Positions 1 to 10,500 of a stretch of DNA of 64,000 nt are shown here, piece after piece. The translations under genes were made by a program, and so were the position numbers. Numbering within the stretch: position 1 is the stretch's first letter; each line of letters opens with the position of its first letter. The notes under the pieces are model-generated. The model was not told where the DNA came from. It made no database searches and saw nothing but the letters and a program-made list of their open reading frames with translations. Source of the stretch: an uncultured virus (IMG/VR IMGVR_UViG_3300008339_000034) (lineage: Duplodnaviria > Heunggongvirae > Uroviricota > Caudoviricetes); IMG/VR virus record IMGVR_UViG_3300008339_000034; one strand, given 5' to 3'.

Positions 1-39
1 ACCACTTACAGGTGATTTTATTTTAGCAATACAAGACAT
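1..39 (-). CDS. 5' end of the next gene, probably another giant virion protein (runs off the window): MSCIAKIKSPVSG...
   Basis: ATG at 39 on the minus strand, open to the window edge, 34 nt after the RNAP stop; M-x-C start resembles the neighbouring giant protein. Confidence 0.55.
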   Translation of the reverse strand, partial: MSCIAKIKSPVSG

Positions 40-73
40 TATACAAATTTAATAGATTTTTAAACGAATGCAA

Positions 74-3000
74 TTATACATCACAGCTGACCTCTTCAAA
101 GCCCAAGCCATCTAAGTTTCCTTCGTCATTGCCAGGTTGACCTGGGTTTAACTTGTTCTTAAGATTAACTGGACCTTTATCAGTAGTAGGAAGAGTAGGA
201 TTCTGAGGAGGCACTACATCAGTAGGAGTTTCTGCTGGACCAAACATATCTTGGTTTAAACTATTTGTATTGGTAACATCTACACTCTTAACTAATTTAA
301 ACTCAATCTGATATGCTTGATTTATCAGAGGTCTTACCTTTGTATTAAAACGACCTATTGACCATCCCTCTAACTTAGACCATATCTCTGGAGTCTTTCC
401 AGAACCAACTAAAGGATGTAATGCTTTAGTTACTTCTACATCTACAGTACGACCATCCCCTGATTTCCAAGTAATAATATCTCCTACTTTAGCACTTTTC
501 CAATAGTCTAATTTACCGTCCTTTTCAAAACGAGTCGTAGCAGTTCTTTCTCCACTAAGAATTGCATCAAAAGTAGTAGTAGCAGTAACATCAGGACGTT
601 TTTCATTACCATAGGAATATGTCATCTGTCCTTCTAGTTTTGTAACTGGGCTTACTTCTTTTCCTAAAACTGCATTCTCTAGTGCAGTTACTTTTTCTAC
701 TAACTCGGGAGTCAATTGATAGAATGCATCAATGGCTTCTTTATGATACTGAGAAAGATAAGACGGAAGGGCAATTAGAGGTCTAGAACCGTTGGCTCTG
801 GATAACACAGTAGCAAATCCAACTAGACTTAAGTACTTGCTAAACATTTCAGGATTGTTGTCCTTCATGTCTATTAGCTCGTTATAGGCTGTTGCAGTGT
901 ATTCTACGTAAGCCTCAAAGGGAACTACTGAAGATACATCCCTACTTCTATAGTGAGCTCCGTTCTGCATAAAAGAACCCAATGCTAGGTCTTTAAAGAA
1001 ACTTCTAACCTCTGCATCAGCGTGATTAAGCCCTTCTAGGAATGCTTCTCTGTACTGTTTACCATACTCAACACTTTCAATGTTTCTTAAATGGAAACTA
1101 AACTCTCTGTCAAAGATGTTATCGTCTTCTATGTATAAGTTATTGAATAGGAAGTTTCCTCTTAGATCGGGATTTGAAGCTAATTTTTCAAAACGTTGAG
1201 CCATGTTGTTCTCAATGTTTTTAACAAACAATCCATCTTTCCCTCTGTAGTACTCAAGCAAAGAACCATTTTCATTCTTAGCATTCATAGCCACGTGAGT
1301 GTACAGTAGGTTGTTTTTGTACTGAGTAATTGCTTCTCTTCTTTCGTCCTCAGAAACTAACTCGGAGAACTCAAGCATCTTATTCAATTGAGCATGTACT
1401 TCTTTAGAGTCAGAAAGAGGAAAAGTCTCACTCATCAAATCTAAAGTGAAAGAACCTACGTTAAACTGTGCCAAGGCAGAGTCTTTAAACATAAAGTCAA
1501 TTGCCTCTCCATTAAATGCACTCTTCAATGTGCTTTGTTTGTCCAACAATTCTACACTTTGGAAAGTAGTTCTGTAGTTGGCTGTGTTAAAATCAGCTAA
1601 ACTGGTAAGTTCTCTTAGACTTTCTTGTTGTGCTACAACTACACCAAACTGAAGATAGTAAGCTAAGTCTCTTAAGGCTGTTTCTTCAGGTACTAGTGTT
1701 ACTTCTGGATTGAAATTAGTTAAGTACTTGTTTATCTTAGGATTACTTAACAACGTTTCAATGTATTGTCCTAATGCTTTCTTTCCTTTTACTCGATTGT
1801 CAGTCTGATTCTTAGCTATTAACTGTAGTTCTTTAGAAATATCTGGATCTGTAATCTCGTATGCTATACTTTTTATTAGAGAAACAATAGCAGAGTTCTT
1901 GCTAAAGTATGCCTTGTCTAGTTTCTGGTTGATTACAGGACGATTAGATAACTCCAATATCAATTGTATTGGCTTAGACTTAATAAAGTCAATAACTGTT
2001 TTTACAGGAGTACCTGCAAGAATCATAGCATGCGCTAGAGGACTTGTCTCTTGGTTCATACCCAAAAGAATAATCCAATCTTCTTTTGCAATATCTACGT
2101 GACCATTGATAAACTCACTTAGGATTTTAGATATACGATTACCTGCTTGGTCTTTCTTGCCTCCTAGTTGTATGTTACCTTCAGCATCTTTGTTTGATGG
2201 AAAATAGTAGGCATTGAGGAGTTTACTGTTGAACTTAAGATTAGCTCTTTGAAACTCCTTTTGCATAGTGTTAATCTTAGCATCGATACCCAAAGCATCT
2301 TTAGACAAGATGTTCTCTGCGTAGATTCTCCAAGAGGTCATAGGATTAAACACCTGAGTGGTGCTAATCGGTCTACTCTTACCTGTGTACTGGGTAAGGA
2401 TGTTATTATTGTTAGGAACTACTAAGTGGTCATACAATTCACCAATAGACAATACTTCTTTTAGAGTTTGTACTAGGTTGTTAGTTATGCCTTTTTTATA
2501 ATCGTCTACTTGATTAATCTTCTTATTAACTTCTGCTAAGTCCTTTCTAAGAGCAGACATTACATTTAAGGCTTTAGTATCGTTCTTCCCATCAAATGAC
2601 CTTAAGTCAGCTACTGCTCTCATTAAAGCATACTTACTTTCAGATAATTCGTCGAGTCCTTTTTCTTTGTCTTCTTTTGTGAACTCTTCTCTATTTAGTA
2701 GGCCGTTAAGATTCTTTAGTGATTTTTTTACTTCAGCGTCTAACTTCTTTAACTCTTTCTTTAAGTCTTCTCTTTGAGCATACGCCTCGTTCTCGTTCAT
2801 CTCATCCTTGATTACTTTAAGGATTCCTAACAAACGTTGTTTCTCTTTCTTAAGTTCTCTCTGCTCAGCTAACTTACTCTCGTAGTCTTTTAAGTCAAAT
2901 GCTTTATCGATAACGTTACCATTTTCGTCATACGCTGTTTCAAAGAAAGTAAGTTTGTCAATGTCATAGTCACCCCCTGATTTAACTACAATCTGTGCAG

Positions 3001-6000
3001 GAAGAATCATAATTGCACCTGCAGACTCTGGAAGAAACTCTTTTACAATTACATGTTCCATTGATTGGAATCCTTGTACAGGAATACGTACTCCAACCAT
3101 AGTCAACTGCTCTTTGTACTTCTCCTTAAACTTAAGAGCCAATGGATTGTCTGACTTAAGAATCTCATTTAGATTCTCAAGAGTACCCACTGGTTTTTCC
3201 TTATACATAAGTTTAAGTAAACCGCTATGTTTCTCAGGATTGAATCCTACTCTTACTTCCATAGGAAGAGTCTCACCTGTAACAGGATCTACTCTGTAGA
3301 ACTGTAAGTCGTTTGCACCATACTTCTCTAACTGTTCTTTAGTAGGTTTAGCAAAACGTGATGCTTCAAATCCAGAACCTGCAATCTGAATATAACTTTC
3401 TCCAAAGATTTTTTGACTAATAACTTTGCTGTTGATTAGATTCAACAACATAGATTCTATCTGACTTCTGTCATTGATAGCGTCTAGTGGGTACTTAAAG
3501 TTACCTTTATCATCTACCTGGATATACTTACGAAGTGATTCTGATACTTCTTTCTTTTCAAACTCTTTTGCAAGGTAGTTTGCCAACTGAAGTTGATTGA
3601 TGTTTTCTATCTTACCTTCAGCGTTTCTAGTTACTCCTAGTTTTCTTTCTAGACGTACTTGCTCAAACTTAACTAAGTCGTTCAACGAAGTCTTAAACCT
3701 ATCGTACAAACTACTTACATACTGTCTAGTAGGTTCTGTAAAATCAGTAGAGAGTTCACCAAACTCATAGAAATCTCCAAATACCAACTTCATCATCTGA
3801 GTTGATAGAGTACTTTCTCCTTTAAACTTAGGTGCTTGGTACTGCTGCTGTCTTAGGTTATGTAAGTGAATAGATGTTACGTTCCTATCAGAAAGAGCAT
3901 CATTCATTACTTTCATTTGATTGCCATCAGCATCTTCAGCTACTTTGTAGAAATCTAACATCTCTCCGTAGTTAGCCATCTTAGAACCAGATTTAAAAGT
4001 ATAATAGTCAACTCTGTTCTGATACATTAACTCTAACTGTTTTTCAAGTTGTTTGCCAATGATTGCACTCGGTATTAGTGGAACCAAAGAATACTTGTGT
4101 AAAGCATTCAACTTTGGATCTTCTACTATAGGTCCATAGTGTCCCAACTTAAGAGGAGGGAATGGTACGTTACCTGTCTTTTCAATAAGTCCTCTACGCT
4201 CTTCTATTAAGTCTTGTGCGTTAGCAGGATTGTTCTTTAGGTCTTGGGTAATCTGAGCTATCCTTACTTGGTCATTGAATGACTTTTCTTGTGCGTCACT
4301 CCAACCTTCAATAGAAATAAGATAGTTTCTGTAGAAATCTAAAGTAACTACACCTTGAGCATTTGCCTCTTCGTCACTTTTGTTTACGTATGCATCATAC
4401 TCGTAACGTTCGTTCTCTGAAAGAGAATCCCATAGACCACTGTTATAGACTTCTTTATACTTCTCAAACTCGTCTGCCTCAAACGTAAGTATATCGTTGT
4501 ATACTACAGTTCTTACAATAGGACTAAATGCGTGTGATGTGCCTGTGTAGATTCTACTTAAAGAATCTTGGTTAGCATCTTCTTTGAAAAATTCTTGTAA
4601 AGCGCTATCCCAATATGGAGGAGTTCCAGGAGAAGAAGTAAAAGGAATACGTTTAAATACCTCACGAGCATCTTTGTCTGTCTTATTGAAGTTTGCTAAG
4701 TCACCTACAAAGAATTTCATAAACTCTACGTTGTTGATGAATCCATTCTTTATGTACAACTCAGCAAGATACTGTAGGTTATTTGCAGTTACTTTTAAGT
4801 CATAGCCTTTTGGAAGTAACTGGCTGTTAACAAACTTTAACTTATTCAAAGATGCAACTGTACTCAACAATCTAGTTCTTTCATCAGTAGGTCTAGATTG
4901 TCTGTCTATAGGCAAAGACATAGTCTTAACCATAGTACGTACAAGATTACTTGCTTCTTTCTTAAAATAGTTATCTAAAGCTGCAGGAAGTGATTGTACA
5001 GCAAGTTCGTACAAACTAACTAGTTGCTCTCTTGTCTCTGCATTTTTTACTTTGTCTGCTATATCAGGTAGAATCTCTCCGAAGATAAATAGGTTCTTAC
5101 CGTACTTCTGATAGGTAGTATTTGCTGACTGAGGGTTACTAATCAAATCCAAAACTCTAGTGAACTCAGATTGCAAATACCCTGTCATTGTATCTAGGAA
5201 TTGCTGCTTAGCACTTATCTCTGCGTCACCATCAGGCTTTCCTTCTAATCTACTAGTAGAGATAGGGACATATATCTTCTCTCCAAGTACAGGGTTACTG
5301 AAGTAAATGCTAAATGAACTTGACTTGTCTCCAAAACGGATGTTCTCCATCTCTGTGCTTTGAAAGAAACTCATAAAGTCCTGCATAACTTTATCACCAG
5401 GATGTAGGTTAGTGGTAGTTTTACCTACCTTTTCTCCCATGTTCTTGAACTCTATACCATTGAAGTCTCTAATTTCAAGGTTTACAGGAAGTCCAAACTT
5501 CTCTTGTTTTTTATAACTATTGAGGGGACGACTTTCAATCTCTCTAACAGTTTTAGGTAAACCAAATAGACGAGTCAACCAAACAGATCCAAGAATATCT
5601 GGATTCTTGCGGTAGTCAAATCTTTCAAAACCTGGAGTTGTAATTAACTCTTCATAGTTACTAGCCTCATTAACAGCTTTTGTGTTTTGAGTCAAGTAAA
5701 ACCATGGGCCTCTTATAAACTTCTTTTTGTCTTCTGCAGTCAAGTAAGAACTAGGACGAAGTTCTATATCATAAGAACTAATGTACTCTACGAGTCTTGT
5801 TAATTCTGATTGCTTCTTCTGTAGGAAACCAAATACTCCTTCTATCTTGAATGGAGTTTTTCTATCAGAAACAAGTTGTTGTGCTGCCGCTTTAACATCC
5901 TCAGAAGGGTTCTTTCCATCAGGAAAAACAGCCGCATCAGCATTTGCTATGTAAGCCAAAGGACCTTTAATACTGATTGTAGGTCTACTGTTCTTTAAAA

Positions 6001-7570
6001 GTTCACTATTGATTTGAGCAGTTAGTCTTAACTTAGCAAAGATGTTTGAGAAACTTGCAAAGTACTCAGCATACATTTCAGTTGTTGTACCAATGTTAGA
6101 AGGCAGTAAATACTCTTTATTAGATAACCCTACTCCTAGTGCATTTAACAACTTAGTAAACTCATTGATGTAGTAACTTTTATTAGGACCAGTAAACAAA
6201 CCTTTGATAAGTTCTTTCTTCTTCTTTACATCCTTCATCATGAGTGCAGCTTTAGCTACATCATTAGAAAACAGATTTGAAAAGTCAGAGACAAATTTAT
6301 CTACGTTAAACTCTGTACCAGTATCTCCCACCATTGCGTAGTCTTTGTTATACGCAAAGTAGTTTTTGTCTAATTGATTGAATAGGTTCTTGATGTTTCT
6401 GAATCCTTTTATCTGTTGGGTAACAAACACAGAGTTACCTTTCTTACTTACGTCAAGGGATACAGCTATTGTTTCTGGGTTACTAAAGATTCTCTTTAGT
6501 CCCATAGCAAACATAATTTGTTTGATTGTCTTTGTACTGTTTGCTACACGTGGGTTAGGAATCTTTTTTAGTAGATTGTTAAACTGAGGATGAGTTTTTG
6601 CTAAGATTGCAATCTCATCATATTGTTTTGTATAATCGGTAATTCCCGATAAAGCTGTACTCAACAAGTTCCAGTTCTTTTGGAAGTCACCAGACTTAGG
6701 TAAACCTAGTAATGTTCCTTGGATTATTACCTTCTCATCACTTTTGTATGGTCTCTCCTCAGCAAAGTTGTATTCTCCTACACTTGCTTTTCTATAAGAC
6801 GGCAGTGAAGTTACTAGTGCAAGGATTCTTTTACTTGCTCTTTCTTTCTGTGACTTCTCTTTAGTCTTCCAGTCTTGACTCTCTCCTAATTCAGCTTCGA
6901 GTTCTTCTATACCTACTACACCTTCTTGGTCCTCATACCAATCTCTAAACAACTCAAAGTTTTCTGATATCTCTACCAATGCCTTTAGTTGTTTAATGTC
7001 TATACTAGTAGCGTTGTTGGGATCAATCTTAGAGATTAGGTTATTCTTATGACTTAATAACTGTTGTTGTACTTCAGCCCAACTACCATACTCACCAAGC
7101 ATGTACTCAAAGGTTTCAAAGATTTCTTGTCCTTCAGCATCACTAAAGTGAATCTCTGTCGGGGTTCCGTTAATCTGAGCCTCATAGAAGTTAATACTTT
7201 TACTTGTAGTTACGTTTACACTCTGTATCTTCTGAGCTAAAGCATCCTCAATTCTCTTTTGTTTTTGCTGTAGGTAATCTATAACTTGAACTAAAGAAAA
7301 CTGTCCATTATCTCCTGGAGTATACTTACTTGTAAAGTCGCTTTGAAATGTCTCGGCAATGATTTTTAATGCCTCTGTCCTATTACCTTGTGTAATAGGA
7401 TGAGCCATCAACTCGGTGTACAATGGATTTTCTACAACTTCATTACCTACTTTTATTTTATCTAGAGGCTGTTCATTGTTTTTATTCCATGCAAATATCA
7501 TTCGACCCTCAGACATAAACTGTCTGTACTCTTCTTCGTAGGGCGTTCCTTTTATGCTACAAGCGTTCAT
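74..7570 (-). CDS. Virion-packaged RNA polymerase (crAss-like two-barrel RNAP) with a C-terminal ASCH/PUA-like domain, 2498 aa
   Basis: Catalytic DxDxD-type motif GGDYDIDKL (DYDID at nt 2957-2971) preceded by RIPVQGFQSM; size and position match crAss-like vRNAPs (phi14:2 gp66 has DFDID); AILSGERTATTR...KVGDII near the C-terminus. Confidence 0.88.
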   Translation of the reverse strand: MNACSIKGTPYEEEYRQFMSEGRMIFAWNKNNEQPLDKIKVGNEVVENPLYTELMAHPITQGNRTEALKIIAETFQSDFTSKYTPGDNGQFSLVQVIDYLQQKQKRIEDALAQKIQSVNVTTSKSINFYEAQINGTPTEIHFSDAEGQEIFETFEYMLGEYGSWAEVQQQLLSHKNNLISKIDPNNATSIDIKQLKALVEISENFELFRDWYEDQEGVVGIEELEAELGESQDWKTKEKSQKERASKRILALVTSLPSYRKASVGEYNFAEERPYKSDEKVIIQGTLLGLPKSGDFQKNWNLLSTALSGITDYTKQYDEIAILAKTHPQFNNLLKKIPNPRVANSTKTIKQIMFAMGLKRIFSNPETIAVSLDVSKKGNSVFVTQQIKGFRNIKNLFNQLDKNYFAYNKDYAMVGDTGTEFNVDKFVSDFSNLFSNDVAKAALMMKDVKKKKELIKGLFTGPNKSYYINEFTKLLNALGVGLSNKEYLLPSNIGTTTEMYAEYFASFSNIFAKLRLTAQINSELLKNSRPTISIKGPLAYIANADAAVFPDGKNPSEDVKAAAQQLVSDRKTPFKIEGVFGFLQKKQSELTRLVEYISSYDIELRPSSYLTAEDKKKFIRGPWFYLTQNTKAVNEASNYEELITTPGFERFDYRKNPDILGSVWLTRLFGLPKTVREIESRPLNSYKKQEKFGLPVNLEIRDFNGIEFKNMGEKVGKTTTNLHPGDKVMQDFMSFFQSTEMENIRFGDKSSSFSIYFSNPVLGEKIYVPISTSRLEGKPDGDAEISAKQQFLDTMTGYLQSEFTRVLDLISNPQSANTTYQKYGKNLFIFGEILPDIADKVKNAETREQLVSLYELAVQSLPAALDNYFKKEASNLVRTMVKTMSLPIDRQSRPTDERTRLLSTVASLNKLKFVNSQLLPKGYDLKVTANNLQYLAELYIKNGFINNVEFMKFFVGDLANFNKTDKDAREVFKRIPFTSSPGTPPYWDSALQEFFKEDANQDSLSRIYTGTSHAFSPIVRTVVYNDILTFEADEFEKYKEVYNSGLWDSLSENERYEYDAYVNKSDEEANAQGVVTLDFYRNYLISIEGWSDAQEKSFNDQVRIAQITQDLKNNPANAQDLIEERRGLIEKTGNVPFPPLKLGHYGPIVEDPKLNALHKYSLVPLIPSAIIGKQLEKQLELMYQNRVDYYTFKSGSKMANYGEMLDFYKVAEDADGNQMKVMNDALSDRNVTSIHLHNLRQQQYQAPKFKGESTLSTQMMKLVFGDFYEFGELSTDFTEPTRQYVSSLYDRFKTSLNDLVKFEQVRLERKLGVTRNAEGKIENINQLQLANYLAKEFEKKEVSESLRKYIQVDDKGNFKYPLDAINDRSQIESMLLNLINSKVISQKIFGESYIQIAGSGFEASRFAKPTKEQLEKYGANDLQFYRVDPVTGETLPMEVRVGFNPEKHSGLLKLMYKEKPVGTLENLNEILKSDNPLALKFKEKYKEQLTMVGVRIPVQGFQSMEHVIVKEFLPESAGAIMILPAQIVVKSGGDYDIDKLTFFETAYDENGNVIDKAFDLKDYESKLAEQRELKKEKQRLLGILKVIKDEMNENEAYAQREDLKKELKKLDAEVKKSLKNLNGLLNREEFTKEDKEKGLDELSESKYALMRAVADLRSFDGKNDTKALNVMSALRKDLAEVNKKINQVDDYKKGITNNLVQTLKEVLSIGELYDHLVVPNNNNILTQYTGKSRPISTTQVFNPMTSWRIYAENILSKDALGIDAKINTMQKEFQRANLKFNSKLLNAYYFPSNKDAEGNIQLGGKKDQAGNRISKILSEFINGHVDIAKEDWIILLGMNQETSPLAHAMILAGTPVKTVIDFIKSKPIQLILELSNRPVINQKLDKAYFSKNSAIVSLIKSIAYEITDPDISKELQLIAKNQTDNRVKGKKALGQYIETLLSNPKINKYLTNFNPEVTLVPEETALRDLAYYLQFGVVVAQQESLRELTSLADFNTANYRTTFQSVELLDKQSTLKSAFNGEAIDFMFKDSALAQFNVGSFTLDLMSETFPLSDSKEVHAQLNKMLEFSELVSEDERREAITQYKNNLLYTHVAMNAKNENGSLLEYYRGKDGLFVKNIENNMAQRFEKLASNPDLRGNFLFNNLYIEDDNIFDREFSFHLRNIESVEYGKQYREAFLEGLNHADAEVRSFFKDLALGSFMQNGAHYRSRDVSSVVPFEAYVEYTATAYNELIDMKDNNPEMFSKYLSLVGFATVLSRANGSRPLIALPSYLSQYHKEAIDAFYQLTPELVEKVTALENAVLGKEVSPVTKLEGQMTYSYGNEKRPDVTATTTFDAILSGERTATTRFEKDGKLDYWKSAKVGDIITWKSGDGRTVDVEVTKALHPLVGSGKTPEIWSKLEGWSIGRFNTKVRPLINQAYQIEFKLVKSVDVTNTNSLNQDMFGPAETPTDVVPPQNPTLPTTDKGPVNLKNKLNPGQPGNDEGNLDGLGFEEVSCDV

Positions 7571-7572
7571 TG

Positions 7573-10500
7573 TTAACAGGTAGGGGGATTTTTAGTGGTG
7601 GGATTTTCGTCTTTAGAATCTAAACCAGATTTTACATTGTTTAAATTCATACCTAGCGAAGATAATACAAGACTAGCGTTTCTAGCTTCTGAATCAGTCA
7701 AATCAGGAACATTTTCTTTGATAGTCTCTAGTTGTACTTTATCAGCTTCCTTGTTAAGTGGTTGAGGAGTAGGCTTTACTGTACGTGAATTAATTTGTGC
7801 AGCAATTTTGCTATCATATTTTAATCTAATAATTGAGTCAGAAATGTCACTCTTGTTCTGTGCTAACACAGGAACCTGGTCACTACCTTTACTCAACATA
7901 TTAACTGTAATAACTCCATTACTTTCTTCATACTGAGAAGCAAAAGCTAAGATATTAATTGAACGAATAGGTAAACCAAAGTCACCTGATAATACACCGT
8001 ATGCAGTTTGCTGCGTACCCCACTTACTAATGTTAGAAGGGAAACGTTCATTGGAGTTATACATGCTTGACTTAAACGTTTGAGTATTCTTAAACTTCTT
8101 GTTCTTGAAGTCAATGATATGAACACCTCCGTCTTTGTCTACTGCTACAATATCCATAGCACCTGCAACACCAGCAAAACCTGTAGCTACCTTTTCTTCC
8201 TGAGTGTACTTACGATAGATTACAAGTCCTTCAGTATATACTTTGTATCCCTGACGAGTAAGTTCTTTTTTAACACTTTCTAGTTCTGCTACTAAAGCAT
8301 CAAACTGTTCTTGTGTAAACTCAAGTTTGTATCCTTTACCTTCTCTCAGAGATTTACCCATACCTTCTGCTTCTTTGATATACTCACTCAAAGATTTTAC
8401 GGTACGACCTCCAAGAACATCACGTCCAATGATGTCTAACAAGTTACCTACAGCAGCTCCCTTTTCCATGTTGATAACAGAATCTTCTGTATCTACTTGA
8501 GTCTTACCCATAACACGTCTAGTGAAGCCTGACTGACGCTCATATCTTTCTCCGTCAATTAAGTAACCTTCTTTAGAAGGATCTGGTATAGTTTTAGCTT
8601 TCTTTACTAGAACCTCTAAAGCATTTACAGAATCTTGTTGATTCCCTTTATTTGCAATAATTTGAGTAACTGCTTTTTCTTCTTCAACTTCTGCTATAGG
8701 TAATGTCTTATCTACAGGGGTTAAAGTTTCTGTACTGAATGTAAATCCATAGTTTCCTTTTTTAACAGTTTTGTCTGGCATTGTAACTTCAGAATCACTA
8801 TCACTAGGTCCTGTAATCTTTACATTGTGTACTACTCTTTCTCCTTGGGATACTGAATTCCTCATAGTATCAAATGCTTTTTGCTGTGGGGTAGGATTTG
8901 CTTTTCCTTTACTTGTAGGCAAATAAGTTATCAATACTTTATTACCTGACTCTGTCTTATCCCCATTGTTGTTATACTTCTGAACTTTTCCATCACCATC
9001 TAATACTGTAAACGTTAGTACATTTAAAGCAGTAAAAGTCATTGGCTCTGTTCCTATTATTGGGTAGGCAAGTATCTCAGTAGGATTTGCTATTTGCTCA
9101 AAACGAATCCAAGTTTTATCAACAATAGGTTTACCTTCTTTATCTGTAATCGGTTTACCTTTTGCATCCAGTACATCTACTGCTTTTAACAAAAGTAATT
9201 TTCCATTACTCTCTCTTACTACAGTATCTTTTATGATACGACCATCTTTTAGTTTTACTTCTGGAACTTTTCTTCCTTTGTTTACCTGGTAAATTTCAGT
9301 TTCAGTAGCATTAAGGTTTCTTTCATTAACTTGTGTTAAGTCAGACTGAGAAACATTCTTAACCATCTGAGTATCAAACATATATTCAATTTTCCCAATA
9401 TCCATAAAGTTTGCAGGGAATAGTTTTAAGAACTGCCCACGTAACTCTTGCAGTCTTTCTGGTGTAGGTTTAGATTGTACTTCGTCAAAGATTTCTTCCA
9501 TCTTAACTAAAGTTTCTGCTCCTAAGACTTGCTCCACAATAGTAAACAAATCTACTACTGCTGTATTAACAGTCCTAAACTCTTTGTCTACAGACTCAAT
9601 AATTTTTTCTTGGATAGTAAAATGCTCTGCAGTTCTAGCATTTGGGTCACCAGGCCTATATATTTTACTAGTACTTACTATTTGATTCTTACTCTGTACT
9701 TCAGATTTTGCTTCCTCTGTTGTAGCTACTTCTACTTTAACTTCACTTACAATCTTTTGATTGTTTGCTAGTGTATCAATAACATTTGTTTCAGCAGTAG
9801 GTTGTTCTGCAGGTAAACTAATCTTAGCCTCTACTTTTTTAGTCTTTGCTTTCTTAGTTACAGGAGCAGGAATGGCAGTAGTTCTTTCTATCTCTTCGGC
9901 AGTTCTTTCGTCAACCTGTGTTGCTACTATTGCTGGTACCTCAACTTCTGCTTCGGGACCTGTAAACTTAAGCTTTGCTAAGTCAAGGTTTGCTTTGATT
10001 AAAAGTAACTCAAACATGTGAGTGTAGTCCTCTTCAAGCACAGGCTCACTGTTTGCAACCTTCTTCATTAACTCTAAGGTTTTTGCTTTCTCTTCTACTG
10101 ATACTTCGGCCGCCTCCATAATAGAGTACATCTTAGCCAAAGCAGAATCCAAGGAAGTAGAACCTAGAACTTCTCCTAATAGGTTTTGAATAACAACACC
10201 ACGTTGGGCATTGTACTCTTCATCTGTAACAATATCTCCTGCTGCTTGACTTGCTGTTGCTGTAAGTCTACTCTTTGGCATAGTTTCCAACGCAGTAAGA
10301 CCTTGTGCAAACTCTGGAGTTACATCTGATTGAATCAACTCTGGAACTTCAATGCTAACTTCTTTGCCAGTTTCCTCTGACTTCTCTTTAGCAGTTACAT
10401 TATTTCTTGTTTCTTCTACAGTTGGAGTTTCAGCAGCTTTTCTCTCTTCTTTAATTTTTTTAATCTCAGCTAACTTCTTGTCAATTTTTTCTTTATTGTC

